A DNA stretch of 42,655 nucleotides from an uncultured Candidatus Sumerlaeota bacterium (GCA_964625145.1 CAZVAQ010000001.1:1-42655), one strand, 5' to 3'; shown: positions 1 to 9,029, numbered from the stretch's first letter. The notes: generated by a model from the letters alone, not told the origin. Numbers and translations: made by a program.

Positions 1-72
1 GAGCCGGCCTCCAGCCATTGAAATCACGTTGTCCCAGCAGGATCACGAATCGCCACAGGGAGCACGAGATAC

Positions 73-1647
73 ATGCCGAACAATTCAGCGGCGACACACA
101 AGCTGACGAATCTGGAGAAGGTGGAGGAGCTGCGCGCGCGCAAGGCGAAGCATCGCCTGGGTGGCGGCGAGGACAAGCTGGAGAAGCAGCGGTCGCAGGG
201 GAAGATGACAGCCCGCGAGCGCATCACGGCGCTCTCCGACCAGGACAGCTTCGAGGAGATGTTCCTGTTCGCGCGGCATCGCTCCACGCACTTTGGCGCC
301 ATCGAGAAGGATCATCCCGCCGACGGCGTCGTCACGGGTAGCGCCACGATCGACGGCCGGCTGGTCCATCTGGCCAGCCAGGACTTCACAGTCGTGGGCG
401 GCGCGGTGGGCGAGGTCCACGCGGACAAGATCGTGGACATGATGAAGCTCTCTCTGAAGACCGGCACGCCGTTTGTCTTCATCAACGATTCGGGTGGCGC
501 GCGCATCCAGGAGGGCATCGACAGCCTGGGCGCGTACGGTCGCATCTTCTTCCACAACACACTTCTCTCGGGCGTCGTGCCACAGATTTCGCTGATCTGC
601 GGACCTTGCGCGGGCGGCGCTGCCTACAGCCCAGCGCTCACTGACTTCATCATCCAGACGCGCCAGGCACACATGTTCATCACGGGTCCGGCGGTGATCA
701 AGCAGGTGACTGGCGAAAGTGTGACGTCGGACGATCTGGGCGGCGCCGAGGTGCAGATGCGCAAGGCAGGCAATGTGCACTTCATCGCCGAGAACGACCA
801 GCATGCAGCCGAGATCTGCCGGCGGCTCCTGAGCTTCCTCCCAGCCAACAACCTTGAGGAACCGCCATACGAACCGCTCGACATTGACCTGTCCCACGAT
901 TCGGTGTTGGACACGATCATTCCCGACGATCCGAAGAAGGGATACAACGTCAAGCAGGTGATCGCACGCCTGGTCGACAACGAGGACTTCCTGGAGATTC
1001 AGGAGCACTTTGCCCCGAACTCGGTGATCGGCTTTGGACGTGTTGGCGGACGCACGGTTGGCTTTGTCGCCAATCAACCCATTGCGACCGCAGGTGTGCT
1101 GGACGTCGACAGCTCCGACAAGATCGCGCGCTTTGTGCGGTTCTGCAATGCCTTCAATCTGCCGCTTGTGACCCTGGTGGACGTGCCCGGATTCATGCCC
1201 GGTGTGCAGCAGGAATACACGGGCATTATCCGCCACGGTGCAAAGGTGCTGTTCGCCTACTCTGCCGCGACGGTGCCAAAGATCACGGTGGTCCTGCGCA
1301 AGGCGTATGGTGGTGCCTACGTGGCGATGTGCTGCAAGGACCTGGGCGCGGACCGCGTTGCCGCGTGGCCGTCGGCGGAGATCGCCGTCATGGGCGCGGA
1401 GAGTGCCGTCGGCATCGTGTTCCGCCGCGAGATTGAAGCGGCCGAGGACAAGGAAGCCAAGCGCCAGGAGTTGATCGAGGAATACCGCTCGACGTTCTCC
1501 TCGCCGTACATGGCCGCAAGCCGCCGCCTGGTGGACCAGATCATTGAGCCCGGCGACACGAAGGCCTTCATCCATCGCGCCATTGAGACGCTCCACACGA
1601 AGCGAGAACTGAGACCGGAGAAGAAGCACGGGTTGATCCCGTTGTGA
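73..1647 (+). CDS. mmdA: Methylmalonyl-CoA decarboxylase alpha subunit (acyl-CoA carboxyltransferase, PccB/MmdA family)
   Basis: 524-aa ORF with ATG at 73 after AGGGAG. It carries carboxyltransferase motifs (DGVVTGSATIDGRLVHLASQDFTVVGGAVGEVHADKI, INDSGGARIQEGIDSL, and NLPLVTLVDVPGFMPGVQQEYTGIIRHGAKVLFAY in the second half). It is followed by OadG-like, biotin-carrier and OadB-like genes. Confidence 0.9.
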   Translation: MPNNSAATHKLTNLEKVEELRARKAKHRLGGGEDKLEKQRSQGKMTARERITALSDQDSFEEMFLFARHRSTHFGAIEKDHPADGVVTGSATIDGRLVHLASQDFTVVGGAVGEVHADKIVDMMKLSLKTGTPFVFINDSGGARIQEGIDSLGAYGRIFFHNTLLSGVVPQISLICGPCAGGAAYSPALTDFIIQTRQAHMFITGPAVIKQVTGESVTSDDLGGAEVQMRKAGNVHFIAENDQHAAEICRRLLSFLPANNLEEPPYEPLDIDLSHDSVLDTIIPDDPKKGYNVKQVIARLVDNEDFLEIQEHFAPNSVIGFGRVGGRTVGFVANQPIATAGVLDVDSSDKIARFVRFCNAFNLPLVTLVDVPGFMPGVQQEYTGIIRHGAKVLFAYSAATVPKITVVLRKAYGGAYVAMCCKDLGADRVAAWPSAEIAVMGAESAVGIVFRREIEAAEDKEAKRQELIEEYRSTFSSPYMAASRRLVDQIIEPGDTKAFIHRAIETLHTKRELRPEKKHGLIPL

Positions 1648-1691
1648 CGTTGCGCAGTGCCTGACTTGCCAATTCTCCAAGGGTTGACAAC

Positions 1692-2102
1692 ATGAACTCA
1701 TCGTATCTTCTCATGGCAGTCACGTCAATGGCCCTGACGGACGGATTGCTGATGATGATCGTGGGGATGTCCGTGGTCTTCACCGCACTCCTCCTGATCA
1801 TGATCATGCTGAAGGCCATTCACCTGCTGCCGTCGGATGACAAGCCCGCGATGACGCCCGCGCGGGTTGAGGCTCCGGCGCCGAAGACAGCTCCGCCACC
1901 TCCAGCAGCGGAGCCCATGGATGCTTCGGGCATTGCGCCGGAGATTGTGGCCGTGATCAGTGCGGCTGTGATCGCAGTCGCCGGCACGGGAGCGAGAGTC
2001 CGCGGTATCCGGCTGGTTCGTCAGCCCGGTCGCTCGCCATGGGTGGAGTTGGGCCGCAGTCTTCATCACCTATCGCACCGCATACAGAGGGGGAAGCGAT
2101 GA
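1692..2102 (+). CDS. OadG-family small membrane subunit of the Na+-pumping decarboxylase (delta/gamma-type)
   Basis: 136 aa with an N-terminal TM helix (LLMMIVGMSVVFTALLLIMIML), a Pro/Ala linker, then EIVAVISAAVIAVAG...RVRGIRLV, typical of OadG-like subunits. Its TGA overlaps the next ATG (ATGA at 2099-2102). Confidence 0.7.
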   Translation: MNSSYLLMAVTSMALTDGLLMMIVGMSVVFTALLLIMIMLKAIHLLPSDDKPAMTPARVEAPAPKTAPPPPAAEPMDASGIAPEIVAVISAAVIAVAGTGARVRGIRLVRQPGRSPWVELGRSLHHLSHRIQRGKR

Positions 2103-2491
2103 AACTCCGCATAACGGTAGAAGGCAAGACTTACGATGTGGATGTCGAGATTGTGGGCGAGCAGGCGCCCGCGGCGGGAGCAGTCGCCCCCGCGGCTCCA
2201 GTGGCTTCCCGGCCCGCAGCGGCCCCTCCCCCGCCGGCAGCGACTGCGCCACCGCCCCCCCGAGCCCCATCGGGAGGTGGCAAGACATTCCCGTCGCCGC
2301 TGGCCGGCACGGTCCGGTCGATTCACATCAAGCCGGGTGATTCGGTCGATGTGGATCAGGAGGTGATGATCCTGGAAGCGATGAAGATGGAGACCAGTGT
2401 CTCCGCCGCTGCAGCGGGAACCATCAAGTCAGTATTGGTCAACGTCGGTGATGCGGTGTCGTCGGGACAGGCACTCTTCGAATACGAGTGA
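2099..2491 (+). CDS. mmdC: Biotin carboxyl carrier protein (biotinyl/lipoyl domain) of the decarboxylase
   Basis: I chose the internal ATG at 2099 (MKLRITVEGKTYDVDVEIV), which has a GAGGGGGAAG Shine-Dalgarno and an ATGA overlap with the upstream stop. A Pro/Ala linker precedes the biotinylation motif EAMKMET in the C-terminal domain. The symbol is inferred from operon context. Confidence 0.85.
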   Translation: MKLRITVEGKTYDVDVEIVGEQAPAAGAVAPAAPVASRPAAAPPPPAATAPPPPRAPSGGGKTFPSPLAGTVRSIHIKPGDSVDVDQEVMILEAMKMETSVSAAAAGTIKSVLVNVGDAVSSGQALFEYE

Positions 2492-2498
2492 TTTCTGG

Positions 2499-2516
2499 AT
2501 TCCTTTGCAAAGGAAT
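2499..2516. promoter_or_regulatory. 18-bp perfect palindrome ATTCCTTTGCAAAGGAAT in the 59-nt spacer between the biotin carrier and pump genes
   Basis: Read directly from the sequence. ATTCCTTTG is the exact reverse complement of CAAAGGAAT, with no loop between the arms. It is AT-rich in a GC-rich context. Confidence 0.4.
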
Positions 2517-2550
2517 TCCATCGCACACATGACCAGACAGGGAGACCCGG

Positions 2551-4011
2551 ATGTTTGAGCTCTTTGAGTCAGTGTTGGGCAGTTCCGGATTCGGCCAGGC
2601 CACATGGCAGAACTTCGTCATGATGGGCGTGGGAATCCTGTTTATCGTGCTCGCCATCAAGAAGGGCTTTGAACCCCTGCTGCTTGTCCCGATCGGTTTT
2701 GGCATCCTGATCGGGAACATTCCTTACAATGTCCAGGATGTCGGCCTGAGTGTCTACGACGGCCCCGTCAGCGAGACGAAGCTGGAGTACTACGCGACGC
2801 GCGACGTGCAGATTGTCATGCCCGATGGCGAGATCCGCAATGTTGCTGCTTGGGAACAACTACCCAAGCTGGCCATTGCGAGAGATTTGGCCGCGACCGG
2901 TGGTGCAATCATGGCCCACCAGACGGAGTACCTCGTCTATGATGGGAAAAAGAAGATCGATGGACCCGGCGTCTATGAAATGTACAAGGGAGGCCATCAG
3001 GTCTTCGTAAGTCCTCAGGACCTCGCCGATCCTGAAGTGATGAGAAAGGGCCGCTTTCACACGGCCATCAAGATGGAGCAGCAGGACATCGACCAGGCCA
3101 GCGTCCTGTGGGTGCTTTCCCGCGGCATTATGTTGGGATTCTTCCCGCCGCTCATCTTCCTCGGGGTAGGTGCGCTGACGGATTTCGGCCCGCTGCTGGC
3201 GCAGCCGCGTCTGATCCTGCTCGGTGCCGCGGCGCAGTTCGGCATCTTCGGTGCGCTGTTGCTCGCGCTGCTCTTCGGCTTCAACATGGACCAGGCATCC
3301 TCCATCGGCATCATTGGCGGTGCCGACGGGCCCACGGCAATCTTCACGGCAACGAAACTGGCGCCGGAACTTCTGGGTGCCATTGCGCTGGCAGCCTACA
3401 GCTACATGGCCATGGTGCCGATCATCCAACCGCCCATCATGAGGCTGCTGACGACCAAGGCCGAACGGCGCATTCGCATGGAAGCGCCAAAGGATGTGTC
3501 GCGCACGGCGCGCATCGTCTTCCCCATCGCCGGCTTCATCCTGACGGCCATGATCGCCAACGCGGCGTTGCCCTTGCTCGGCTTCCTCTTCTTCGGCAAT
3601 CTGCTGCGGGAGAGTCTGGTGACGGAGCGTCTCGCCAAGACGGCGCAAACTTCCTTCATCGACATCATCACAATCCTGCTCGGCGTGTGCGTCGGTGCGA
3701 AGACACAGGCGAGCAACTTCCTGACGATCCAGACGATTCAAATCTTCATCCTGGGCATCGTCGCATTCGGGATCGCCACGGCGAGCGGCGTGATGTTTGC
3801 CAAGGTCATGAACCTGCTTTCGAAGGACAAGATCAACCCACTGATCGGTGCGGCTGGTGTCTCGGCAGTCCCCATGGCCGCGCGCGTGGTGCAGCGTGTC
3901 GCGCAGGAGGAGGATAAGCAGAACTTCCTGCTGATGCACGCGATGGGACCGAACGTGGCGGGCGTGATCGGTTCGGCCGTGGCAGCCGGCGTGCTGCTGT
4001 CGCACTTCTGA
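2551..4011 (+). CDS. mmdB: Na+-translocating decarboxylase beta subunit (OadB/MmdB/GcdB family) with a large soluble insertion
   Basis: 486 aa with ATG after GGGAGA. It shows family signatures (KKGFEPLLLVPIGFGILIGNIP, FPPLIFLGVGALTDFGPLLAQPRLILLGAAAQFGIFGA, IIGGADGPTAIF, MGPNVAGVIGSAVAAG). About 125 hydrophilic residues lie between the first TM hairpin and the FPPLIFLG helix. Confidence 0.9.
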   Translation: MFELFESVLGSSGFGQATWQNFVMMGVGILFIVLAIKKGFEPLLLVPIGFGILIGNIPYNVQDVGLSVYDGPVSETKLEYYATRDVQIVMPDGEIRNVAAWEQLPKLAIARDLAATGGAIMAHQTEYLVYDGKKKIDGPGVYEMYKGGHQVFVSPQDLADPEVMRKGRFHTAIKMEQQDIDQASVLWVLSRGIMLGFFPPLIFLGVGALTDFGPLLAQPRLILLGAAAQFGIFGALLLALLFGFNMDQASSIGIIGGADGPTAIFTATKLAPELLGAIALAAYSYMAMVPIIQPPIMRLLTTKAERRIRMEAPKDVSRTARIVFPIAGFILTAMIANAALPLLGFLFFGNLLRESLVTERLAKTAQTSFIDIITILLGVCVGAKTQASNFLTIQTIQIFILGIVAFGIATASGVMFAKVMNLLSKDKINPLIGAAGVSAVPMAARVVQRVAQEEDKQNFLLMHAMGPNVAGVIGSAVAAGVLLSHF

Positions 4012-4751
4012 TGATGCGCGTGCTGGAATTTGACCAGCTTGACTCGACCAACCTCGAGGCGCGTCGATTGTGGTTGGGGGGCGAATGGGAATCCGCCCCC
4101 TACGCCGTGATTGCAGGCGAGCAAACCGGTGGCATGGGGCGCGATGGAAGGGTGTGGCACAGTCCTCCGGGTGGCCTGTGGATGACCGTGGCCTGGCCGT
4201 GCCAGCGGCTGGAGCTGGCGGCGCGGGGGCTGGCCTTGGCCGTGGGATTGGCCACGCGCGACGCCATTCAGGCCGCCACGGATGTGGATGCCATGATCAA
4301 GTGGCCAAACGACCTGCTGGTGCGCGGGCGCAAGCTGTGTGGGATTCTCTGCCAAGCGGATTCGGCCCTGAATCCCCCCGTGGTCTTTGTGGGCATCGGC
4401 GTGAATGGCAATCTGCGGACGGACGAACTGGGGAGCGACCTGCGGACTCCGGCGACGACGCTACGGGACGAGCGCGGCCGGGCGGTCAATCTGGCCACTT
4501 TGCGGGATGCCATCCTTGCCCAACTGGAGCGTCGGCTTGCCATCTTTGAGACCGAGGGCCTCAAGCCCATGGCCTCGGAAGTGAATGCCTACCTGGCATG
4601 GATGGGCGGGCGCGTTATCGTTCGCAATCCCGGAACCGCAGAGGATTTGGAGGGAACGCTGCTGGGGATCGACGAGGACGGGCGCCTGCTGATCGAGAGC
4701 CGGGGTGCCGTCACGCCGGTTGTGAGTGGCGAACTGAGGCAACCTTCCTAG
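4011..4751 (+). CDS. birA: Biotin--protein ligase (group I, no HTH domain)
   Basis: 246 aa. Its ATG overlaps the mmdB stop by 1 nt (TGATG). It has the biotin ligase motif GGMGRDGRVWHSPPGGLWMT and KWPNDLLVRGRKLCGIL. Confidence 0.85.
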   Translation: MMRVLEFDQLDSTNLEARRLWLGGEWESAPYAVIAGEQTGGMGRDGRVWHSPPGGLWMTVAWPCQRLELAARGLALAVGLATRDAIQAATDVDAMIKWPNDLLVRGRKLCGILCQADSALNPPVVFVGIGVNGNLRTDELGSDLRTPATTLRDERGRAVNLATLRDAILAQLERRLAIFETEGLKPMASEVNAYLAWMGGRVIVRNPGTAEDLEGTLLGIDEDGRLLIESRGAVTPVVSGELRQPS

Positions 4752-4810
4752 GCCGGGAGGCTGCGTTTCCGATTGTCGGTCCGGATTAGTTGGCCCCATG
4801 CTCATCCATT

Positions 4811-5740
4811 ATGAGCAAGATCCGCGAACTGGCCCTGCGTGTTGCCTACCTGACGCTTCCTTCCCTGATGGTTGTCCTGGCGGCCATGGCTGTGATCGTG
4901 GCCAGGGGCGAGGCGCTGCCGATCAGCTATGGCAAGGTGGCTGGCTATCGCGACGCCACCGGTGTGAGCGCCGAGGACCGTCTGGCGTATCTGGCCACGT
5001 TTGAGAGGGCGCTGCACGAGGAACGCGCGCGCAATGCGCTCCCCCGCCTTGAGCGTTCGGCTGCTCTTGATCGCGTCGCCCAGGCCTATGCGGAGGACAT
5101 GGCCAGCAGGCGGTTCTTCGACCATGTCTCCCCCGATGGCAAGGGGCCATCCGACCGCGTGGCATTGCACTCGCCAGACGCGATCATCTTTGGCGTGCGG
5201 GAGAACTTGTCCTATGCTCACTCGAGTCATCCCGATCCGGTGTGGATGCGCGCCCAGCGTGCCCACGGGGCATTGATGGACTCGCCCGGTCACCGGCAGA
5301 ATATCCTGCATCGCGACAGCACGCATGTGGGCATCGGGATGAAGTCCATCTGGCGTGATGGCGTGCTGGTGGATTATGTCGTGCAGTTGTTTGGGCATGA
5401 CGTGGGCACCTGGACGATGGGACGGCCGCGCCGCACGGTCGAATCCGACCGCATGCTGCTGTTGCCCATCCGTCTGACGCGGCCGGACGTCGAGTTCATG
5501 CTGGACAGTCCCGACGATCCGCATCGCTTGTACACCAACCTCTACTCCAACAGGACGCTCCACTTCGAGGGCTCCGTGCGCTTGAGGCCTGATGCGAGTG
5601 GTGCCAACCTGGAAGTGCCGGGCCTGGCGCCGGGAACCTATGCCATTCATGCACGACTGAAGGGAAGGACGCGCGGATGGTATCGCGTGCTGCAGTTTGA
5701 AGTGGAACCCGCCCCAAGACATGCCATGGGTGCGCCCTAG
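4811..5740 (+). CDS. CAP/SCP (YkwD-like) domain protein with N-terminal signal-anchor and an extra C-terminal beta-rich domain
   Basis: CAP-domain motifs are present (LDRVAQAYAEDMASRRFFDHVSPDG, SPGHRQNILHRDSTHVGIG). The hydrophobic N-terminus is LTLPSLMVVLAAMAVIVA. I chose the ATG at 4811; the ORF track starts at a TTG at 4790. Confidence 0.7.
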   Translation: MSKIRELALRVAYLTLPSLMVVLAAMAVIVARGEALPISYGKVAGYRDATGVSAEDRLAYLATFERALHEERARNALPRLERSAALDRVAQAYAEDMASRRFFDHVSPDGKGPSDRVALHSPDAIIFGVRENLSYAHSSHPDPVWMRAQRAHGALMDSPGHRQNILHRDSTHVGIGMKSIWRDGVLVDYVVQLFGHDVGTWTMGRPRRTVESDRMLLLPIRLTRPDVEFMLDSPDDPHRLYTNLYSNRTLHFEGSVRLRPDASGANLEVPGLAPGTYAIHARLKGRTRGWYRVLQFEVEPAPRHAMGAP

Positions 5741-5761
5741 ACCAAACAGGAGATCGATCGG

Positions 5762-8700
5762 ATGCCGTCAAGAACCCGAGGGGGTCTGGCAATTGCCGGT
5801 GCCCTGCTGCTAGCCAGCCTGTCTGTGAGCCAATTGGCTGCGCAGGAACCGACCAACGCCATCAGCGATGAGTTCATCACGTTGGGGTATGTGCAGAGCA
5901 CCACGGCGTCGTGGGGGTACCACTATCATGCCATGACGCACCTGGCGATGACCTTCACGGACTTCGATGCGAACGGGAACCTTGTGAACCCGGGGAGTTG
6001 GACGAACCGGTCGATCCTGTTTCGCCCGGGGGGAAAGGCCGATCGCAACGGCACGAAAATCCTCCTGACGATTCGCAACCAGGACTTCAGTTCTTCAGTG
6101 ATGTCCAGCGTGATGCTTGATCCGGCCAAGCGCGCGAACCTGATAAGCAAGCTTGTCGCCCTGGTGGGCAATGACCCGGGATGCCACGGGATCAACTTTG
6201 ACTTCGAACCGGTGCCGTACGGCGCGGGAGTGGGCTCGGCAATCGTTGACTTCTCGCACGAATTGCGAGCGGCCATGCCGGACAAGGAGCTGTCGAAGTA
6301 TGTCGGCCCGACGTACTCATCGACAAGCTGGCCAAACCTGCCGGGGCTGATGGAAGCCCTGGACTATGTGAACATCAGTTGCTATCCCTATTCGGGAAGC
6401 TGGAGCGCGACATCGCGCGCCATCGCGCCAATCACACAGGATGGCGGATCACGAGGCTATCGCGACAACACCGACTTGTTCATGCAGAACGGCGTGCCAC
6501 CAAACAAGATGGTGCTGACGCTGGCGTCCTACGGTTACAGCATGGTGACAACCTCGACGGCGTATGGTGCGAACAAGGTCTCGAACCTGAGCTCGATCGG
6601 GTACACGCAGGGGCGCTTTGCGACGAGCCTTGGCACCCCGCAGAGAACGCGCAATTACAAGACGCTGCAGGAATCGTTGTGGTACACGACGCCCCGGGGG
6701 GTCGGTGAATACAATCATTACAATTATGATGATGAGTTTACAATCGGCCTGAAGATCCGTGGCGCGCGCAATTGGCACGGCAACCAGTACACGGGCCAGC
6801 GCCTGCGCGGCGTGGGCTTCTGGTCGCTGGCTTGGATGGGGCCGAACTTCCTGGGCAGCTATGCCTCCACGGACCTGGAGACCGGCAGCACTGGTGTGTT
6901 GAAGACGCGGACGTATCCAATGGTGTACCAGGAACTGCAGGAGACGCTCTCGCGACCGGGAACCCGCGAGTTCGTCCTGGAGAAGTGGGAGTATGACAGT
7001 GCCTCCATCTCCGCTTCGGATCGCAACCGATGGGACCGGTGGCGGGATCCGAAAGACAGCGAGGACAATATCGGTGTCGTCTCGGGGCAGACTGGCCGGA
7101 GCATCGTGGCAACTCCCGGTAGCAACAAGCCACCGGCCAGCAACTATTGCCTGCAACTCAGCTATGGTTTCACAAGCGATGCAAACAGCCGGTTGTTCTA
7201 TCGTTGGGAAATCCTGGGCGATCATGTATTCACCACGACGCGCGATGTCTTTGGAGCAGTGGGTCATGTCCCCGCCAATTCGACGGTCAAGGTCAGCATG
7301 CTGGCCCCCGGGGCGGCCGGCCGCTCGATCCGGTTTGTCGCCATGGACGCAAAGGGCGAACTGGAGACGAGCAAAGCGTTCCCATTGTCGGCAGGAACAT
7401 GGACGACGCTCGAATGGGACCTGTGGGATGACAGCCCGGGCAATATCCTCCCCTATACGACCAACCACGATCAGTACCTGAGCGGTAATGGAATTCTGGA
7501 CAGCGCGATGGTCGTTGACATCGATGGAGACGGCACGACGACGACAGACATCGTGCCGGCTCGCGACATCGCCGTGGTGGGTTTCCTGATCGAGTCCAAT
7601 GGCGTCAGCGGCAACGGGCTCGTCTATCTGGACGAGTTGCGCTACTCGCCAGGTCCGCGTGAGGGCCGGCAATATGTGATCAACGAGTTCCGCTATCACG
7701 ACACGACAAGGCAATACATCGAGATCCACGGGCCGGCGGGGCCGATCCCCAGCGGGTTGCAGTTGCGCGTGGCGACGGGAGCCAGCGGCGCGGTGACGGC
7801 ATCGATTCCAGTAGCGGGGAGCATTCCCGATTCGGGCGATGGCACGGGCCTCCTGCTGATTGGAACGTCCTCTGTCCCCAATCGGAACATCACGGCGGCC
7901 AATGGATTCCTGAATGCGGTCACTCCCGCTGGCATGCAGCTCATCGACACGCAGACTGGATATATTCACGACGCGGTGACCTATCGTGCCTACAGTGGAA
8001 CCGGTCGCCTTGATGGTCCGCGAATGGCACTGGTCACCGGCAACGGCTACCCGTGGCTCGGCGAGGCGAACACTGGCAGCGGAACAGTCGCCACCGATCA
8101 CTATGGCTTCTCGCGCTATCCCGATGGGGCAAATACTTGGATCAATGGCGCGGACTTCGGCTTGGCCGTGCCGACACCGGGCAGCTCCAACGGTGGCTCC
8201 ATCAAGGAGGCCGATCTGCCCGTGACGTTTGACTTCCAGACCGTGCCACCGGGCGCGTTCCAGACTTACCAGCCGTTCACCCTCGCGAACCCCGTTACGG
8301 CGGGACTTCCAGCGTCACCCAGCGGCGGGCTGGCGCATCGATGCGTGGATACGGGAGGCGGTGGTGTCATCTCCTTCATCGGTGATCGCGCGCTCGGAGA
8401 GAGTGGCCAGGGCTATCGCGTGACCGGCGAGTGGTTCATCCCCGCATCGAACGTCGGAACCCCGGTGCAGAGTGTCGCCGTCGGCTTCTGCGGCAGCCAG
8501 GGGACTACGTTCTTCACCGCATCGCCGGCGAGCAGCGGATTCGAGGACGGCTATTGGCTGATCTACGAGAACCGCGATGGAGCCGCCCTGAACGACGGCC
8601 GCGCGGATCACCCGGGCACATTCGAGTTCGTGATGGCGACGAACAATGGTGTCTCCCCCGCGCCGGTGCAGTTTCTGGGATCAGCGACACGCGCATCGGC

Positions 8701-8971
8701 CGGCATCGGCGAGGGGACTTGGGCGCCGTTCGAGTTGGTCATTGATCCAACGGTTGAGCCGGCGGGTCAGTTGACGGCAAAGGTCAACGATACGGTGGTC
8801 TACGATGGACCAATCCCCATCGGCGGCCCAACGCGCGGAGCCGTACAGATCGGTTTCCGCGAGAACCACGCGGGCAACCCCGTCGCATCAGAAGGGACCT
8901 GGGTGGACAACTTGCAGATCAGTCTCCTGACACCGGTGGAGCCGCAGGTGGACATCTTTCGCGTGTACTGA
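5762..8971 (+). CDS. Secreted multidomain protein: GH18-like glycosyl hydrolase + beta-sandwich + lamin-tail (LTD)-like + LamG/concanavalin-like C-terminus
   Basis: 1,069 aa with signal peptide MPSRTRGGLAIAGALLLASLSVSQLAAQ. The GH18 catalytic block reads HGINFDFEP (6188..6208), retaining the D-x-E as in YaaH/YdhD-type GH18 enzymes. An LTD-like segment (YVINEFRYHDTTRQYIEIHGP...LLLIGTS...MQLIDTQTGYIHDAVTY) lies at about 7670..8000. The C-terminus (VNDTVVYDGPIP...VQIGFRENHAG...WVDNLQIS) looks lectin/LamG-like. Confidence 0.7.
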   Translation: MPSRTRGGLAIAGALLLASLSVSQLAAQEPTNAISDEFITLGYVQSTTASWGYHYHAMTHLAMTFTDFDANGNLVNPGSWTNRSILFRPGGKADRNGTKILLTIRNQDFSSSVMSSVMLDPAKRANLISKLVALVGNDPGCHGINFDFEPVPYGAGVGSAIVDFSHELRAAMPDKELSKYVGPTYSSTSWPNLPGLMEALDYVNISCYPYSGSWSATSRAIAPITQDGGSRGYRDNTDLFMQNGVPPNKMVLTLASYGYSMVTTSTAYGANKVSNLSSIGYTQGRFATSLGTPQRTRNYKTLQESLWYTTPRGVGEYNHYNYDDEFTIGLKIRGARNWHGNQYTGQRLRGVGFWSLAWMGPNFLGSYASTDLETGSTGVLKTRTYPMVYQELQETLSRPGTREFVLEKWEYDSASISASDRNRWDRWRDPKDSEDNIGVVSGQTGRSIVATPGSNKPPASNYCLQLSYGFTSDANSRLFYRWEILGDHVFTTTRDVFGAVGHVPANSTVKVSMLAPGAAGRSIRFVAMDAKGELETSKAFPLSAGTWTTLEWDLWDDSPGNILPYTTNHDQYLSGNGILDSAMVVDIDGDGTTTTDIVPARDIAVVGFLIESNGVSGNGLVYLDELRYSPGPREGRQYVINEFRYHDTTRQYIEIHGPAGPIPSGLQLRVATGASGAVTASIPVAGSIPDSGDGTGLLLIGTSSVPNRNITAANGFLNAVTPAGMQLIDTQTGYIHDAVTYRAYSGTGRLDGPRMALVTGNGYPWLGEANTGSGTVATDHYGFSRYPDGANTWINGADFGLAVPTPGSSNGGSIKEADLPVTFDFQTVPPGAFQTYQPFTLANPVTAGLPASPSGGLAHRCVDTGGGGVISFIGDRALGESGQGYRVTGEWFIPASNVGTPVQSVAVGFCGSQGTTFFTASPASSGFEDGYWLIYENRDGAALNDGRADHPGTFEFVMATNNGVSPAPVQFLGSATRASAGIGEGTWAPFELVIDPTVEPAGQLTAKVNDTVVYDGPIPIGGPTRGAVQIGFRENHAGNPVASEGTWVDNLQISLLTPVEPQVDIFRVY

Positions 8972-8996
8972 TGTGGAGCACAGCGAGTTGAAATGA

Positions 8997-9029
8997 CCGA
9001 GCCCCTCCCGACTTTGCGGAGGGGCTCGG
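8997..9029. terminator. Hairpin between convergent genes (possible bidirectional terminator)
   Basis: A 12-bp perfect stem, CCGAGCCCCTCC (8997-9008) with GGAGGGGCTCGG (9018-9029), and a 9-nt loop. It sits between the stops at 8971 (+) and 9061 (-). Confidence 0.7.

Noticed and set aside
85-1701. 538-aa ORF antisense to mmdA. Similar long antisense ORFs occur at 2860..4005, 6449..8101, 12519..13517, 15382..17214 and 16830..18698.
   Set aside because: The translations are Arg/His/Gln/Ala-rich with no family motifs. Each lies exactly opposite a gene with unmistakable conserved motifs. Long stop-free antisense frames are expected in GC-rich DNA.
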